64,000 bases of DNA. It comes from Halocafeteria seosinensis. Its lineage: Eukaryota. The notes beneath the pieces were generated by a model. The model did no database searches. It worked only from the letters and a program-made list of their open reading frames with translations, and was not told the DNA's origin. Position numbers and translations under genes: made by a program. The stretch is from contig LVLI01000295.1 in the NCBI GenBank assembly GCA_001687465.1, forward strand, positions 186,001 to 250,000, read 5' to 3'. Every line of letters starts with the position of its first letter. The first letter of the stretch is position 1. Positions 37,901 through 52,800 of this stretch are shown here, piece after piece.

Positions 37901-40900
37901 GATGTCGACACTTGAGCATCTGTCTACTGCAAATATGAACCATCCCTGGAAGGGTGCAAAAGCTTGTATACACGCAAAGGTTGTATTTGGAGCAGAACAA
38001 TGGGATTCCAACAGGTTTTCTCCGAGATGTATGCTCATGCACTCTTTCGCATTCAAGTAGACCACAATTTCCTGTCCTGGTATTGCCTCCAGTGAGAGCT
38101 CCACTGTAATCTGGCTCTCATTTCTTGAAGTTTCTTGAACACTGCGAATCACAGGCGTACTGCTCTGTGAGAACACAACCGAAAGAGGGAATGTCTGAGC
38201 TCTTCTCGTGACCTGAATCGTGTTATTTGAGTGAGGGGAAGACTGGGTGACCCTCACCAAGGTGCTACATGAAATAGTTGTATTAGGTGAATCGGTTTCA
38301 GGTAGCACGGGAACCCCATAAAGATGTAAGTTTTGCACAGGCAGGGCATTCGCTGAGAGCCATCGGAGCCGGATCCATTGGAATGGGCTGCTGATATCTT
38401 GCTCCTCGATTCCGCTGAAGAATAGCCTTCTACCTGTAGTAACTCTAACGGGCAAAGAAACAGTATTCCAAGTTGCAGCGTTCACTGAAACCTCTATGGT
38501 GAATTCCAAACCAACAAAGCTATTTGCCGAAAGACTTTCCGGAAATTCTAGTTCACCCTCTGTGAATGCAGAAAACGATAATGGATGTAAGTCGATCCCA
38601 ACAATGCCACATGTACCAGAAATTTCTGTGCACGAGGCTACAAACCGCTCCCCTTCCATTCGTATCGGCATCTTTTCTTTCCCGTCTGCAGTTGCAATGT
38701 TTGGTGTGGCCAGTCTTATGAGATGTGCAGTGGCATCCAATATACTTGCTCTAAAACCACAGATGAACACCTCAGTCTGATATCTTTGCAGCCCTACATC
38801 GGCGAATCCAAAACCCGAGATGAGGACTAATCCGCCACCTCCAAATGAAGAAGCGTTGGACTGTTCTAGTCTGGTCACTGTCATGCGGGTTTCAAAATGA
38901 GTTTGAACAACGGAGCTAAACCGAACATTGCCTCTGGAAGGTATAAACATGCTCAACTGAGAAAGCCCTGCTGCCAATTCAGTGAATTCGTACACAAGAA
39001 ACAGGCGAGATGGGTCATCAGGAAAGCGAGTCTGCCAAATAAAGCGTCCAATACGTTCTGCAAGTATCGGAGAAAAAGTCGCGGGGTCAACTCCATCCCA
39101 TCCTCTTGGATCTGTAACATCAAAATTGATAGTGCCTTTGCCGCGTATCAATATACCAGCCGCCGCAACCACATCTACTACTGTAGCTGATAGCCCAATA
39201 GTAGTGAAATCTTCCGTAAAGTTGCAAAACCGTCTTTCGAAAGTGGTGCACTGAAGCAGTGGAGAAAGCTGAGAAGAAACTGGGGCCCTTGACACCAGTC
39301 TAACTCCAACAGAGTCCACGGACAAGCTTTCTGCACTTGTCGGAAAGCCGCTAGCATGATGGACAGAGCACGCGTAGTTTGTAGAATTGTACGTCTGGTT
39401 CGTACAAAAACTCTGTCCGAAGAAAATTGCAAAAGCATCATTCATGAGCGACCCCGTTAGCCAAACGTCCGCACTAATGTTACTGCGCACAACCACTAGA
39501 GCCGAGGTAAAGGATCCCCCAATCTCGAAACCTATTTGGCCAGTGAGGAAGTATTCACCGGTAGCTATGGAGAGATTGAAGACCATTTGTCCGTATATGG
39601 GCAAAGTAGCTTTAACGGTATAAGAACCCATTGTCAGGAAGGGCAGGTCTACCCTCATCTCGCTTGAATTCAGTTGTGTCGGAGTAAGGAATGCACGAAA
39701 GTTGTCATGCTGTCGAGAGAGATCCAACTGGATAGAATCCAGTGTTACGTTTCTCACTCTTTCGAACTCGCCCTCAAGCGTCAAAGAAGATGGCTCAAGA
39801 ACGAAACCACTGCCGACTACTGGAGAAAATGGCATGATTGTCACGTTACAGAAACTGCACCTGGCAGAAACTCTTCCAGCTCTCAGTACGGTGAGTTTGG
39901 AAACACCCCAGAAATTGAACGGACCAGTTTCGCAGCGGATGAAGGTGCTGTTATGATATACTAATTTACAAGAGGAGTTCCCAATGTTAACCTCAAGCAA
40001 CGGATCATTTCCTGCGAACCCTATTCCCCAGATTTCTACAACGGCGAATTCAGCCTGCTTAAATCGTGAAGGCGTGAATGCGAACAGTTCAAAGGTACTC
40101 TCTACGGAAAACCCTGGCGTTGAATATCCTTTGGTAGGGATATGAACAGACACGTTATACTCTCCATCTGAAAATTCTTTCATTTCACATTGTATGATTT
40201 CATCTGTGTATCCAATCACCCTACATGGTCGCGATCCGACCAATACCTGAATGTTTTGCCCTTGTCCAGGTTCCAATGGCTCAAAGCGCTCCCCCTGCAC
40301 TGTGAGAACGAAAGTACCGGTGGGAGGTATAAGTTTGGGAGACACTTGAAAAATCAATGGAGTTGCGAAGGGGATATTGGCAAAATTAAATCGTCCAGAA
40401 ACGAATCCGTTAACTTGTACCGTTCCAATACGTTGCGAAAAAATACCGCTCGGTTCAAGAGGTGTGATGCAATTGATTCTCCTCGCCACTACACTTTGTA
40501 CTTCGCAGGTGATGTTGTTGATATCAACTTTTACCAGCCTTTCGTCGAAGCCAAATCCCCTTCCGAAAATTGTAAGGTTGAGTCCTCCGAATAAGCTCCC
40601 CACGTCTTGATCCAAAGGACTGTCAGAGTCTAACTTCGTGATGTTTTCCGATAGTAGGACACTCATGTCGCTTTGAATCAGCCCCTTCCCCACGCTTGGG
40701 AATGCCACAGAGACAAGCAACTTCCCCGGTGTTACACCCACAACGATGCATCTAAACCTCGTTGAATTTCGAAATATGGGTCTGTTGCATCGAGACATTC
40801 CCATAGAGACAATCATGTCTGAAGGAAAATATTTCCCCTTAAGGTATACCAATAAGTTGTCCGCAACGTCCGCTTGCTCCACCAACATTTTCGTCACAAT

Positions 40901-43455
40901 GGGTGTACTTTCACTTGCTTGCATGTATAGACAGTCGCCTATGCATATTGATTCCAAGGGTCCGCTGTGTGCGGTGAGCATTTCCGGTAGAATGGTCGCA
41001 CGCAGCATCCGCGAGTCCAAGAGGGTCCACGTTCGGTCATTAACTAAAGTTCGCTTCATGAGTGTAAGCGTGGGGTCAAAAGTCGCCAAGCTGAACGCAG
41101 AATAATGCTCTAGCGACAGGTTCATCACCATTATTCCATTCATGAAATCGCTGGAGGTATTGATGCTAGCCGAAACTATCTCCGGAAAGGATCGCGTCAG
41201 TTGGTTTTCCCATTCTGTGGTGCCTAAAGCTAATGGAAGGACGAGGGGGGAGCTTTGGTTATTAAGAACGACAGAGGCATTGACATGAGTGATTGGACTC
41301 ATAGCTTGAACTACGTCCGAAGTAAAATTGCATCCATTCTCGACACAAGTCAAAGATTCCCCATGTAACTCTACAGAGGCGACGAGGTAGGCGGAACGAT
41401 AGAGCCTTGTCACCATTATCCCAAGCGCGTAGAATTCAGCGGAAGCGTTCAGGTCAACCTGAGAGTGTGCTATCATACCCACTTTGGACAGTAAGCCGCT
41501 CAGCTCCTCATTCACCATGGACGCCGAGGAGTAAAACGACAGTCTGTTCGTTCGCATGACATGTTCGGTGTCGGAGGCAGTACTTCTGACGACGAACTTC
41601 AAATAGAAGTCCCCAGAAATTATCCCATAGGTTGCCAAAACCGTGTCATGAATTTGGGAAGGTAACGACAGTACACCAGTGTATAGTGTCCTTTGTATAC
41701 TTGTTGGCAATGCAGTCGTAAAGATCTCAGTCACGCTGTTCAAATTCTCTTCTCGGATAAATACCAAACAGAAATATGTCTGATACGCTATAGGCTTGAA
41801 GACTCCTTCAATCTCTGAATGTGCCATTAGCTCGAAGACTTGCTCACCAATGGTCCCATTCCCATCCTTGACCGGGAAAATCTTCAACAGTGCTTCTGCT
41901 CCTTGGACGAGAAACTGAGATATGCCATGAATAAGCAACCATGTGAACGAAAGAGAGAGATTTAGCTGTTCCACAGTCATTAACTTACTTGCGTTGGGTT
42001 GCCAGAGGAGAATCTCAAAAAGCAGTATGCGATAATGTCACCAGAAACACCACTAAAAGAGGAAGCAATACGCGCGTCGGGTAAGACAGCGATTGGAGCC
42101 ATTGCTGTCACAGCTTTAACGTTTGTCAGATTAACTAATTCGTTTGACTCCGAAGAAGGGACTCTGAGCACCGTCAACCCACTCCCAGATAAGCGGAACC
42201 CGTCCCCAACTAAATGGTGCGGGGACGTGGTAATCAGCATGTGAGTCTGATTAGTCACTTGGGATTGCAACAAAGCATTACCGAGAATACCTTTCGTGGA
42301 TCTTGTGAAACCACTACCAGTGATGGCGACGGTATGACTTCCTAACTTGCTTCCCCGGTGGTGAGAGAGGTCTCGAATGGCGGGTATAACAAGGATAGAG
42401 ACGCTGTCCTGGTGGCACGTATCCAAGCAATATGCAAAAAACCGCTGCTTCGGGGAACGAGAAAATCTAGTGCTAGTTGCGTATCCGCTCTCTCTTGTGC
42501 GCACAGTTACGTTGTGTACCCCTGATGCAACCTGAGGGACGGTGCACTGTAATACACTGTCTCCATTCTTTCCAACAAGTTGTTTTCCTTCCGACAATTT
42601 TTCTAGCTCTGCTTGTTCATTATGGTGTCGAGACTGGCAGATTGAGTCACCAACTTTAATTTCGATACTATGTATCGATGTCATCCAGGTCCCCTCCAAA
42701 GTTAGAATGCCGCCAGGGTAAATTGTCAGCGGAGATATCTTCATGATTCTCGGAGTATGTCTCACCGAATAAGTAAACTCATGTAAGCATCGTACACAAC
42801 TCGAGAGAAGGTCTTCAGTCAAGTTGTCTCTTTGAAAGACTTGTAAATGCGCCCGGAATTCATTGAGGGGAGTCGGGAACGGTGGTGTTTCGCAGAGGAC
42901 TAGGGAATCCCCACTCCTCTGCTTCACTATGTTGCATTCCTTATTCTTTACTAGTATCTGAGAAAGCGTCCAAAGCTGTACCGTGTGCATCAAAAAATTG
43001 GGCAAAACGGTAGCGATTTACCTTCAAATTCTCCCCACTGTCAAGGTTAAGTCCTCGGAACATGAGTGTGGCTCCCCCTGATTGATCCATACAAAGGAAT
43101 TGGAAACATTATCCGTATCTCAGTATGCAGAAAATGGCCTGGTGGTTTATTGAAAGTTCGACAACATACCTAGAATTGAACCTGTCAACTTTGGCACCGA
43201 GCGACCTTCTTGGAGAACCGCCGTAATTTTGGGTCCTGGAACAGCACAGTATAAACACGTATTCTAGTAGAGAGAGAGACTTAATTTTTCGAGAGAAACA
43301 ACAGTTGAATGATTCCACTGACCATTTTTCCTGCTCCCTTGGCCTTCAATGAACTGCACGTAGGTGTTGCTGAGAAGGAGCACCGTAAACACGGCCACTA
43401 GTTTACTGCTGCCTTCACGGAGTAGTAGAGAAGGGTCCCCTCTGCGTTGCCACAT
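31934..43455 (-). CDS. Fibrocystin-L/PKHD1L1-like giant type-I membrane protein (~3,700 aa): IPT/TIG repeats, two G8 domains with beta-helix regions, EGF-like module, Pro/Thr linker, TM; 4 predicted introns in the 5' part
   Basis: IPT starts (PRIMKISP..GG, GSKLGSHTVAITGSGF, GSLFGGLNLTIFGRGF), G8 starts RRWSDVSQW and KRWSSASTW, C-x3-C-x5-C-x4-C-x-C EGF, TM MLGGIGIVVASLVVGAVLFA followed by a basic tail. N-terminal hydrophobic segment. One N at 36398. Confidence 0.82.
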
Positions 43456-43850
43456 TCTTTTCCAATGGTAATAGTCCAATAGGCGTAGGCAGCGCTATCT
43501 CCTCCTGATCACTGTTCAAACATTAATGTCATCCCATACGCTTACAAACTCACCGCATTGTATGCATTGACAATGGAGATCTACACCATTTATTTTTCTC
43601 ATCCGAACTCCTAGCATCCAAAAATAACTAGAAATTATCATTATCAGCACCAGTGTATGTAATGTCAAAGCTTCATTCAGTTAGGAGGGTGAAGGGTCAG
43701 CTTCAACGACCACGGACCACCACGTAGTGAAAGTGGTGGTGCAGACAAGAGCGAAAATTTGGTTCCGTAAGAAAGATGTATATTCCATAGCCTTGTAAGC
43801 ACACGATGAGTTGGACTAACTACTAGCAGTGTGCTATGAAGAGATGATCT

Positions 43851-46800
43851 CTAATCATCAAGTTGGGAAAGTAACGCAACTCCACGTCTTACCCAATGGT
43901 CAGTATCTACATCCGTCGGAAGATACAACGTTGTAATGAAATTGGTCGAATGGCCAGTGGTTGAAAGTGTACCGGCTCTTGTAGACGTCTTGTACAATGG
44001 ACAATGGTACGGCTTTCTATCCTCCAGACGTTCTTCAAGAGTCTCAGTCTTAACCGGCTCGAGCCAAATTGTCGGCATACGGAAGAATAAGATGCCGCGG
44101 TCCATCTCCGCCAACATGCTGTGCTCCGAATCCCATTTTGCTCCTTCCAAGTAAGCGCCATAGATGTAAACTCCGTCTTCCGGAGGCTCTTCAATCTCGT
44201 CTTCGCTCTGTTGTTGGACGGTAGACCAGAAAGAGAGAGTATCGATCGCTATACGCGTCTTCCGCGCATACGTCTGTAACGCGCCGGTCATAAACCCTTG
44301 TGGGAAGAAGAATCCGCTAATCCAGAAGGAATTCGGAGGACCATTTTTGATCCAGCTTCGAATAAACTCAACACGAGCGATGAAGTCTGTTACCCATGAT
44401 GCTAAAGGCTTGAGTGATGGATACGCAGCTGCAGCCCAATTTTCTGGAACCTTTTGAAACAACATGCTATCAAACATAGACTCTAGTTGAGGAGACATAA
44501 CGACCAACCCGCGAAGGGCTTTCTGGATTTCGGCAAGGGACCTTCTCATTACTCCCAGGAGATTGTTGAACCTGTTCATCTCCTGTTCACAAAAGACTCC
44601 CATGCTATTCATACTTCCATCCCCAATTTCAGCAAATGTCGCCGAGTGAGCATTCTCAGTAGACAGATCGGCTGGTAAGCGACTCTCGATGTCTTGGCAA
44701 AGTTCGAACACTATCGTATCAGAGGACTTACCACCCTCAGAGCCACTAGTACGCGGTTGGATGCTGATAATCGTATCTAAGGCCTCTTTAGTATCTTTCT
44801 GTTGCAGCGTAATGTCAGCATTTTCATGCAGACCAAACGATTCTGGCGCATCATCCAACGGGAGCGACTCGATGTACGTCCTTACTTCTTCCACAGTGCC
44901 CTCTGGAGGAGCATAGTACTCCCCAGATTCCGAGAAAAGATAGCCATCCTCCATAATTTCAGGAGTGAAGAAACGTCTGAGGATACTAAGGTTAGTCCTT
45001 TTATCCCACGCATCAGTAATCCTTCCACCGTAAGTAATGTCCCCAATTATAGAATTTAAGGTCTCATAGGGGACTTCAGGTTGTTCATCTAAGTACATGC
45101 GCAACTGCATTATCCCAGTCTTCAAATCGCTGTTCATCCATTCATACGGTATATTCCAGCCGATTGCACCGTATTTCCTTCGTTCAAGAATTAAAGCGTG
45201 ATAAAACGCAAGACCGAAAAGAAGCTTTTTGAATGCGCGAGGCTTACTGCATCGTTCATACTCAGTTTCAGATATTTCGGCAAATATTCTTCGGAGGTTG
45301 GCTTTGAGGCCTCGGGGTGGTTCTTGGGTAATCTTCACACCACTCTGTAACACAGATACGGGGAACTTCGGAGTAGGCATAGACGTCAGCCACAGACGAA
45401 AGTCCGAGTGGCATTCTGAATAATCCAGATTCTCAAGTATTGCTTCCAGCCGAGGCAACCAACTCACCGCAAGATGACAGTTTTGGAGGCAGACCCACTC
45501 GCCATTTTTACGTCCATGCTCCATCATTTTCTCCGCGTAAGGACCCTGTCCTTGGCCGAGAGAAAGAGATTGGAACGTAACGCGCTTTTCTTCCGCCATG
45601 TTGCGGATGTACTCAATGGGGTCCGCACCAGGGCTTAGAATGAAGATAAGCGGGGTACTACAAGAGGAGTCTCCGAATGCGCCCTCAAGATCAAAGCCAG
45701 GAGGTTCAGTGAAGTTGTTGCCGAGTACCCTCTGGATATACTCTCGCATGGCAAAGACTGTTTTCTCTGGACGGACCATACGGATGAGCAAGAGGCGTCT
45801 ATAATGCGATAGGGATTGCCACTGGCTTGGTAACGGGATACTTTGGGGTTCTTTTGCCTCATAAAATTGTTTCCACTCTTTCTCATTAGAGGCTAGATCA
45901 TCAACGATACCACTGAAGGAGTCCAGCTGATTCAAGGAGCAGAAACTATGCCAAGACTTCGAGTGCAACCATTCCTGGTATGGGTTCGTCGAAGAAGCAT
46001 CCGCTGGCTCCCCTGGAATTTTGCCCAGCAAGAACACCTGCCATTCCTCAGGAAGAATATCCTTGCGGTGGCGCTGGATTTGGGCAGCGATCATGAAACT
46101 GAAAAGGAGTTTATGCTTCTCGAAGAGTCCTCTGCAAACGTTCTTATAGAGGGATATTGTGATATCGTCAATAAGCAGGCTGAGCCTACCCTCCAAGGTA
46201 TCACTTTGCTCACACTGTTCGACTCGAAGATTGTACAGGCGAGTAAACGCTTGCAACGAAAATTGGTACATAGAATCAATACCAGCTAGATCTGCTATGA
46301 CAAAGTACAGAATGCTGCCTCTAGTAGCAACAGAGCGATAACCTTCTCGTGCTTCGTTAATAGCTTCTGACGTTTGTTCCGCCTCCTTCATTCTCTCAGA
46401 AATGACTGACGAAGTGGACTTTGACTTCTCAAGACTGTTTATAAGCTCTTCATCATCCAGGATGTCACCGCTGGATTCAGCAAGCATTTGCAATATCTGA
46501 TCTTCTATACTCTTTAATTGTTTCTTATCGTTCGAGATGCTGACAATCAATTCATCCTTTCGTTGTTCCAATTCTGGTCGCTCGTGCTTTACAACATCCA
46601 CAAGAAGTTGGTCCTCTAAGCCTTTTTGAGTGACAGTAAAGTTAATAATTGTCACCTTTACAAACGTTTCTGGGAGGTAATGAGGGTTAGCAAGTTTCGT
46701 CGTAATATACAGCTTAAAATCAGAACTGAATTGGATATCACTATCTCCTAACCGGATCATTGGTAATCCACCTTTCTTAAATACTTGTTTCAAGAGGATT

Positions 46801-49800
46801 GGTTCTAGGGCCGGGTCTAGCTGCTCCTCCACATTTTCCAATAGCACAGGTTGTCCGAATCTCACAGCATTTTCCATTGTTCGCAGGAAGTCACTCTGAC
46901 TCAGTTTTACAATCTGCAAGCCTGAGTTTTCCTCTAGTTTCCGCACCCAGCGATTAGCTTGTCCCTGGGGATCTATCATCAGAGGCCATCTTCGGCCTTT
47001 AGTGGCGAAGATGCCGTTTTCTGTGGAAAAATCATCCGCTGGAAGTCCCATTAGATTCCACTCTCTTACCTCCACAGGGTCAGCCAGCACATGTGTTAGA
47101 CTAAAGTTAGCGTCGACAGGTACACCAAGCACCTTGCACTCTTCCACCCATTTTCCAATTAATGCTGCGCGGAATTCGGCAGTAAACGGACCGGTGTACG
47201 CAATACTAGCGGCCGACAGCAACACATTACCGACAAGATTATGCAAGTCTGATTCCAGCTCTCCAGCTACGGACGTCCAGCGTTCAGCCTCGGAGCCAAG
47301 TCCCCCAATAAGTTTCTGAGCCCTTTCAAGCCGCAGCTGAGTAGACTGTTGCCGTTCCTCTAAATCTTCTTTCTTCCTCACCGACTCCTCATATTGTTTC
47401 TTCAGATCTGCAACGCGATCTTGGATTTCTTGGAGCTCCTGTCGTTTTTTCTGTAGTTCTTCCTGGGCCTTGGCCAGATCTGCTTCTGCTTTCGCTAGCT
47501 TTTCGCGTTTGGGGGCAATGTTTTTCGCCACTTTGTCGTACTTGTGCATTGCTCGAACCCACATACACAGAGACGTCGCCGCCTGGGATATGTTTGATAT
47601 GTTGTCCGGGTCAAACTCGGGGTCATTAACATACCTCGATATCTTTTTGATCATCTTAGGGTCAATGTTGTCCTTATCATAGTTCTCCAAGGTTTTCAAA
47701 AAGCTAATATCGTTCAGAACTTTCTTGGCTTCTTCCCAAGTGGGTTTCCTGTTGAGCAGAATGCATACTGCCTCCATTACGACAGCTACCATCCGAGGAG
47801 GATTGCTAAAGGATTTCACTTCTTGGATCTGTTTCTTATCTAAAGACTTCAAGGCTTTTATAGCTGAATTATACGCAGGAAGCGCTTCGTCGAGGTCTTT
47901 CTGACAGTCGTCTTTGATGCTGGCAACCTCTTCCGCAACTTCCGCCGTATCGGCCTCATCTTTGGCCGCCTGGTCGGCAGCTTCATCCGCCTCTTTCTGG
48001 TCTTCAGCGAGCTTCTCCAATAGGTCCGCTGTATCTTTTGATGCCTGCTCAAGCGTCGGTTGCAACTCACGGAGCTTAGTTTGTAACTCTTGAACCATCT
48101 CGTTAGTCGAATGGATCTTCTCAAGACCACCTTGGTATCGATGCAGCTTGCTCTTTACTGATTCCCTATGATCTTGCAGCATTCCCTCGTACAGGCGAAT
48201 AAGCTCCAGATAGGAAGTCGGAGTCGTGTAGTTGTAGCGCCGTTGTTGTGCGAGATACGTCTTAGACTTTTCTTCAACGCTCTTGTGAATGGTGACACAG
48301 AGCGAACACAATTCCTCGACATAGTTACTTATTCCGAGCTCTTCATTGTGGCCTAAGAAAAACTTGGATACGCTATAAAGCGCATCGGAAGGCCACGGAT
48401 CGTACCAATCGATTGTACAACAGTTGACCATCGAAGGAAACATTCGACATCGTTGACGAAACGCGGATCCTATTGGACTGAACGCTAGAACTATATGCAA
48501 ATATTCGCGTACTCTTCGAATAAATAAGGAGTAGAGATTATCACGAGTCTCGATGATTCCTTCCTGTTTTGCGGGTCCACGCATCTCCGACACTATTTCT
48601 TCCACTTCGTCAGCAGCATAGAGATTCGGGACATCCCCCGCATTCAATAGGTTATTTATATCCTCCAAAAACGATTCTTCGACCACATGAGAGTCACCGA
48701 AAAAGAAGACTACAGGCTTGGCATTCACACCAGCATACATTGTCATCTGTTTAATGTCTTCATGGAAATCGTTTTGATTGTACGTCCTCGTAATTTCGAT
48801 CGTAGAAAATTTACATTCACACATGAAGGACGCTAGCTTTGTGAGACTTTGGCGTCCACTGCCTCCAACACCTACCAATAATGCATTTCCTCGAGGCTGA
48901 CGCAGAATTCTCGCAATTCGAGAAAGATGATGTATCGCATCGCGGAAAAATACCAAGTGCATCTGAGTGGGAAACGTAAGGTTATACTCCTCGAGGTAGT
49001 TTGAAAAAGTAGTTTCAAGAGAATCCGGGTTCTCGATTTCCACATACTGTTCACCCCCCGAGGTAAGGTAGTCCCCGAACAGAATGCTGTCCAGACTTGA
49101 ATCCCGGGCAAGCTCATCCGCTTTCAGTTCTTTGGACAAAATATCAGAGCAAATGTTAATAAAATGTTGACGGTCTGCTACGTCAATCAGCCGGTCGTGA
49201 TACACCCTCTGCTGTTCGTGCATCCATAGGCGCAAGAGTTTATCCTCTGAAGTAAGTTCATCAGACCCTACCATTAAGATACCTTGAAAGACCTTCGATA
49301 GATCTCTTAAATTGAAGGTATAATGGCTCTTCGCAGGGGTGGGAAGCATCTCCGCAATGATCTTCTTATACACCTTTATCGATGAGTCTACCACCGATTC
49401 TCCAAATTCCACCAACGATGGTGCTGTGTGCTTTAGGAACCCACCTAGAATGTTTCCGAAAATCATCTGAAGCGACGGGCGACTCAGATCCTCACACCAT
49501 AAATGATGGAAGTGGCGGGNGAGTCTTCGTGTAATTTCGTTCCTACCACCGCCGGGAGGAGCACACGCGGCAATAAAAGAAGTATCTACGACATGCTTAA
49601 AAAATAACTTTTTACGGTCATAACAGCCACCCTGGTCAATCATTTGACGCAATAACTCAATCGGTGGCTGGGCCCCATAGACTTCCAAAGCTGGCATGTT
49701 TATGTCGTCGATGAAGAACGCCATCTTCTTTCCGGGAGGAGGTCCAATAACATCCTTGCGCCGTTTGTCTAGTTTCTCTTCAACTGCTTCCTGTAAATTG

Positions 49801-52800
49801 ATACTCTTCGTTTGAGCGGAGAAATTTACAGTGGCAGAGTTGAAATGAGAGTTCTCTTCCGAGAGATTTACCATTGATTGGGATGCAATTACAGTCTTGC
49901 TTACACCAGTATTTCCCAAAATCAAAACGTTTCGCGACATTCGAACTAGAAGTTTCAAGATTTCAGAGTGTCGGGTAGTGTCCGGGGTCGGAACGACGAG
50001 GTTAAAGTAGGATGCCTGAAGATCGAAGGAAAACGGCGGAGTAATTGCTTCCCAGGTAGTAGTCTTGAGATCCTGCGTACTGCCTTCAGCGTCAGCAGAT
50101 TCTAGTCTGAAAGCAAGGTCGTATAAATTGCAACCGTCACCAGTGAGAGACTCAGGAAGGATACCGTCTTGACCCAACAGTTCTAACACGAAGTCGTTAA
50201 AAGCAGCTCTGGTCGGATCATATATGTTTCCACCAAAGCTCCAGGTTATAGCAAACACATACAACAACTGCATGTAAGTCTTTTTCTTTGTTTCCCGCTC
50301 CTCATCTTCTTCAGTTGAAGTAGCCAGCTCGCAAGCAGAAGAATACCTAGATAGCAAGGCCTCGAAGAAGTTTAAGAACGACTGAGTAAGAGCCAAAGAA
50401 GAAGTAAACACAATCTGCTGCGTCTCACTCATCACGAAGTTGCAAATCTTCTGCGCGTGAGCAAGTAGATTGGTGCGGAGCCACTCGATAAGGTCCTCAC
50501 TTATCAGCTTCCTTGAGCACGTCTTACACCATGTTTCAATGAGGGCGTTGATTCCCAAATGCACCGCTTCCATATAAACCATACCACAACGACTCACAGT
50601 AGCGGGACTTGCAACGGCCAAGTCCTGCACTTCAAATAGCATGTGCATTGTTGATGGGATCTTAATGCGTTCTCCATTCGCCAAGCAAAGCATTTTGTTA
50701 TCATCAAGCACTGTATTCATGTTCTCAATCCACAAAGCATCTACAGGGCCATCAAAAATGACCCATTTTCGATTATCGCTTTTGTCTTCGGACGCCTTCC
50801 TGACCACTTTTGCAACAATACCGTCATTCCATTCTGCTGTAGCTCTATCGATCTCCCCATACATTTCTCCCATTGTGATGGCCTTAGGATTGATAACATA
50901 TTTGTCGACAACCTGATACATCCCATCCTTGTCCGTTATTTCCTGGTGTTTCAGGGAGGAGAGTGAGTTTCCTAAGGTAGATATGGCTGTGGACTTTCCG
51001 CATCCTGCCTCTCCAACTATCATCAATCCATGTCGCACCAACTGAGTTTCATGAATCTGAATTACTTTCGTATTGAAGCCCTCCAATTTTGTCAATTTCT
51101 TTTCCGTGAGCTCCTCTTCAATCGATCGCTGAAGCTCACCATAGTCCACAAACGGCACCGTTACCCCTGGAAATAGATCAGCAATAATGCCACGGAAGAG
51201 TGGCAAATCCTGCTCGAGGAACTTCGGCACATTTGAATCCCTCATTGCCCGTATCAATAAGATGTTCTCGTCGACATCCGGTTCCTTTCGTTTCAACTGG
51301 CCGGCTGCTACAAGGACACTCTTCACAGCCCGCATTCCGAAGTCGTAATGGTCCTGCTTCGAAAGCTGCTCGGATGAGAGCTTGTACAATTGAACCATCT
51401 TGTTGCTCAGTTCTTTCGCGTCGCGAAACCCTTGACTAAAAAGAACAATTTCGGCAATGAGTCTGTAATCGGGTACCATCATAGCAATCGGACGGAACAA
51501 AGCCTTCAAGTTGTCTGGTAACTCAGTTCTGCCCGCGTATCCAGGGTTCATTGTAATGAACACACCAAAGGAGTGGTTAAGCGGCATTTCCTTCCCCTCA
51601 AAAAAGATAGTGCTATGTCCAGCTATTAGGCCCTGCTGAATGGTTAGTATTTGCTGAGCAATAACTGATAGGACTTCAATGTCGATTCTGTTAAACTCGT
51701 CGAAACAAGCCCAAGCACCTGCTTGGGCGAGACCGGAGAAGAACCTACCCATCATTTTCACATCTAAGCCGTCACTGCAGTTGAAAACAACGCACTGAAC
51801 AGCCATAGCTTTTGCAAGGTCCTTCGTCGTCTCAGTCTTCCCTGTACCTGCCGGACCTGCCGGGTTTCCACCGAATTTCAGGTGAAGCGCTCCAGTCAGA
51901 GTCATGTAGCACTTGTCCGTCAAAGGTGTGATCACGAGTCGCGCAGTATTTCCAAGATATTCGTAGCCATACCTAAAATGAGTGTTAGTTTGTTTAACAA
52001 GGCAATCGTCAATCGCATTGTCCCAATAGTACCTTAACTGCCGTGTCCATTCAAAATCCGTTAGCGAAGATACCTTCTTATGAACCATGGTCTCTACGAC
52101 ATCCCTTCCATGGACATCCAAGACAACGAGGGAACCAAGAAGTTCACGCTGGAGAGTTGTGAGCTCTCCTCTAACGAGCTGGACCATAGCGTCGATCTGT
52201 TTTACAAGAAAATTGTAGAAATCTTGCACTCTTTCGATAGCCTCTTCATTGCTCTCCAAAGCACGGGTTACCCCCGCAGTCCATTGAATTTGGTCAATTA
52301 GCAGCACTACCATAGAGGGATAGCTGAGTAGCCATTCTTTGCGGTGGATAGAGCCTTCAGTATCATCGGGGTATTCAAGTAGAGCCTTTTTCGAAATGTC
52401 ATAAAGCGACTTCCGCATCATCCTTTCGATGTCACTAAGCCACCCTTCAACGTTCCCCTCAGCGACAATTGGTTCGCTGAACGGTACACGTTCACCTTCA
52501 TTAGAGACCATTGCAAACATAGTGTTCTCAGTATCGTCGTCTGCATTTCCAAACTCGAGTTCAATGATATTATCAAAGCACTTATTCAAATGAGGTTGGA
52601 CTGCTTGAGGATTTCGTGTATCACTCAGAATCGCAAGTAATTCGTCATTAGAAAGGAAATAGAACCTAGCAAATGCACTGCGTTTCGTCTCGAGATAGTC
52701 TTCAAGACCCTTCTGAATTTGGTCCAGCTGTTCGTTACAGTGTTGAAGCAATATCAAAACATCGTCTTCATTAGCGACGGCATCGATGACACGGGGAGAA

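Noticed and set aside
43716..43740. Hairpin accaccac-N9-gtggtggt between the dynein and fibrocystin-like genes
   Set aside because: A single 8-bp stem is expected by chance in 64 kb, and no ribozyme or SECIS core was recognised.
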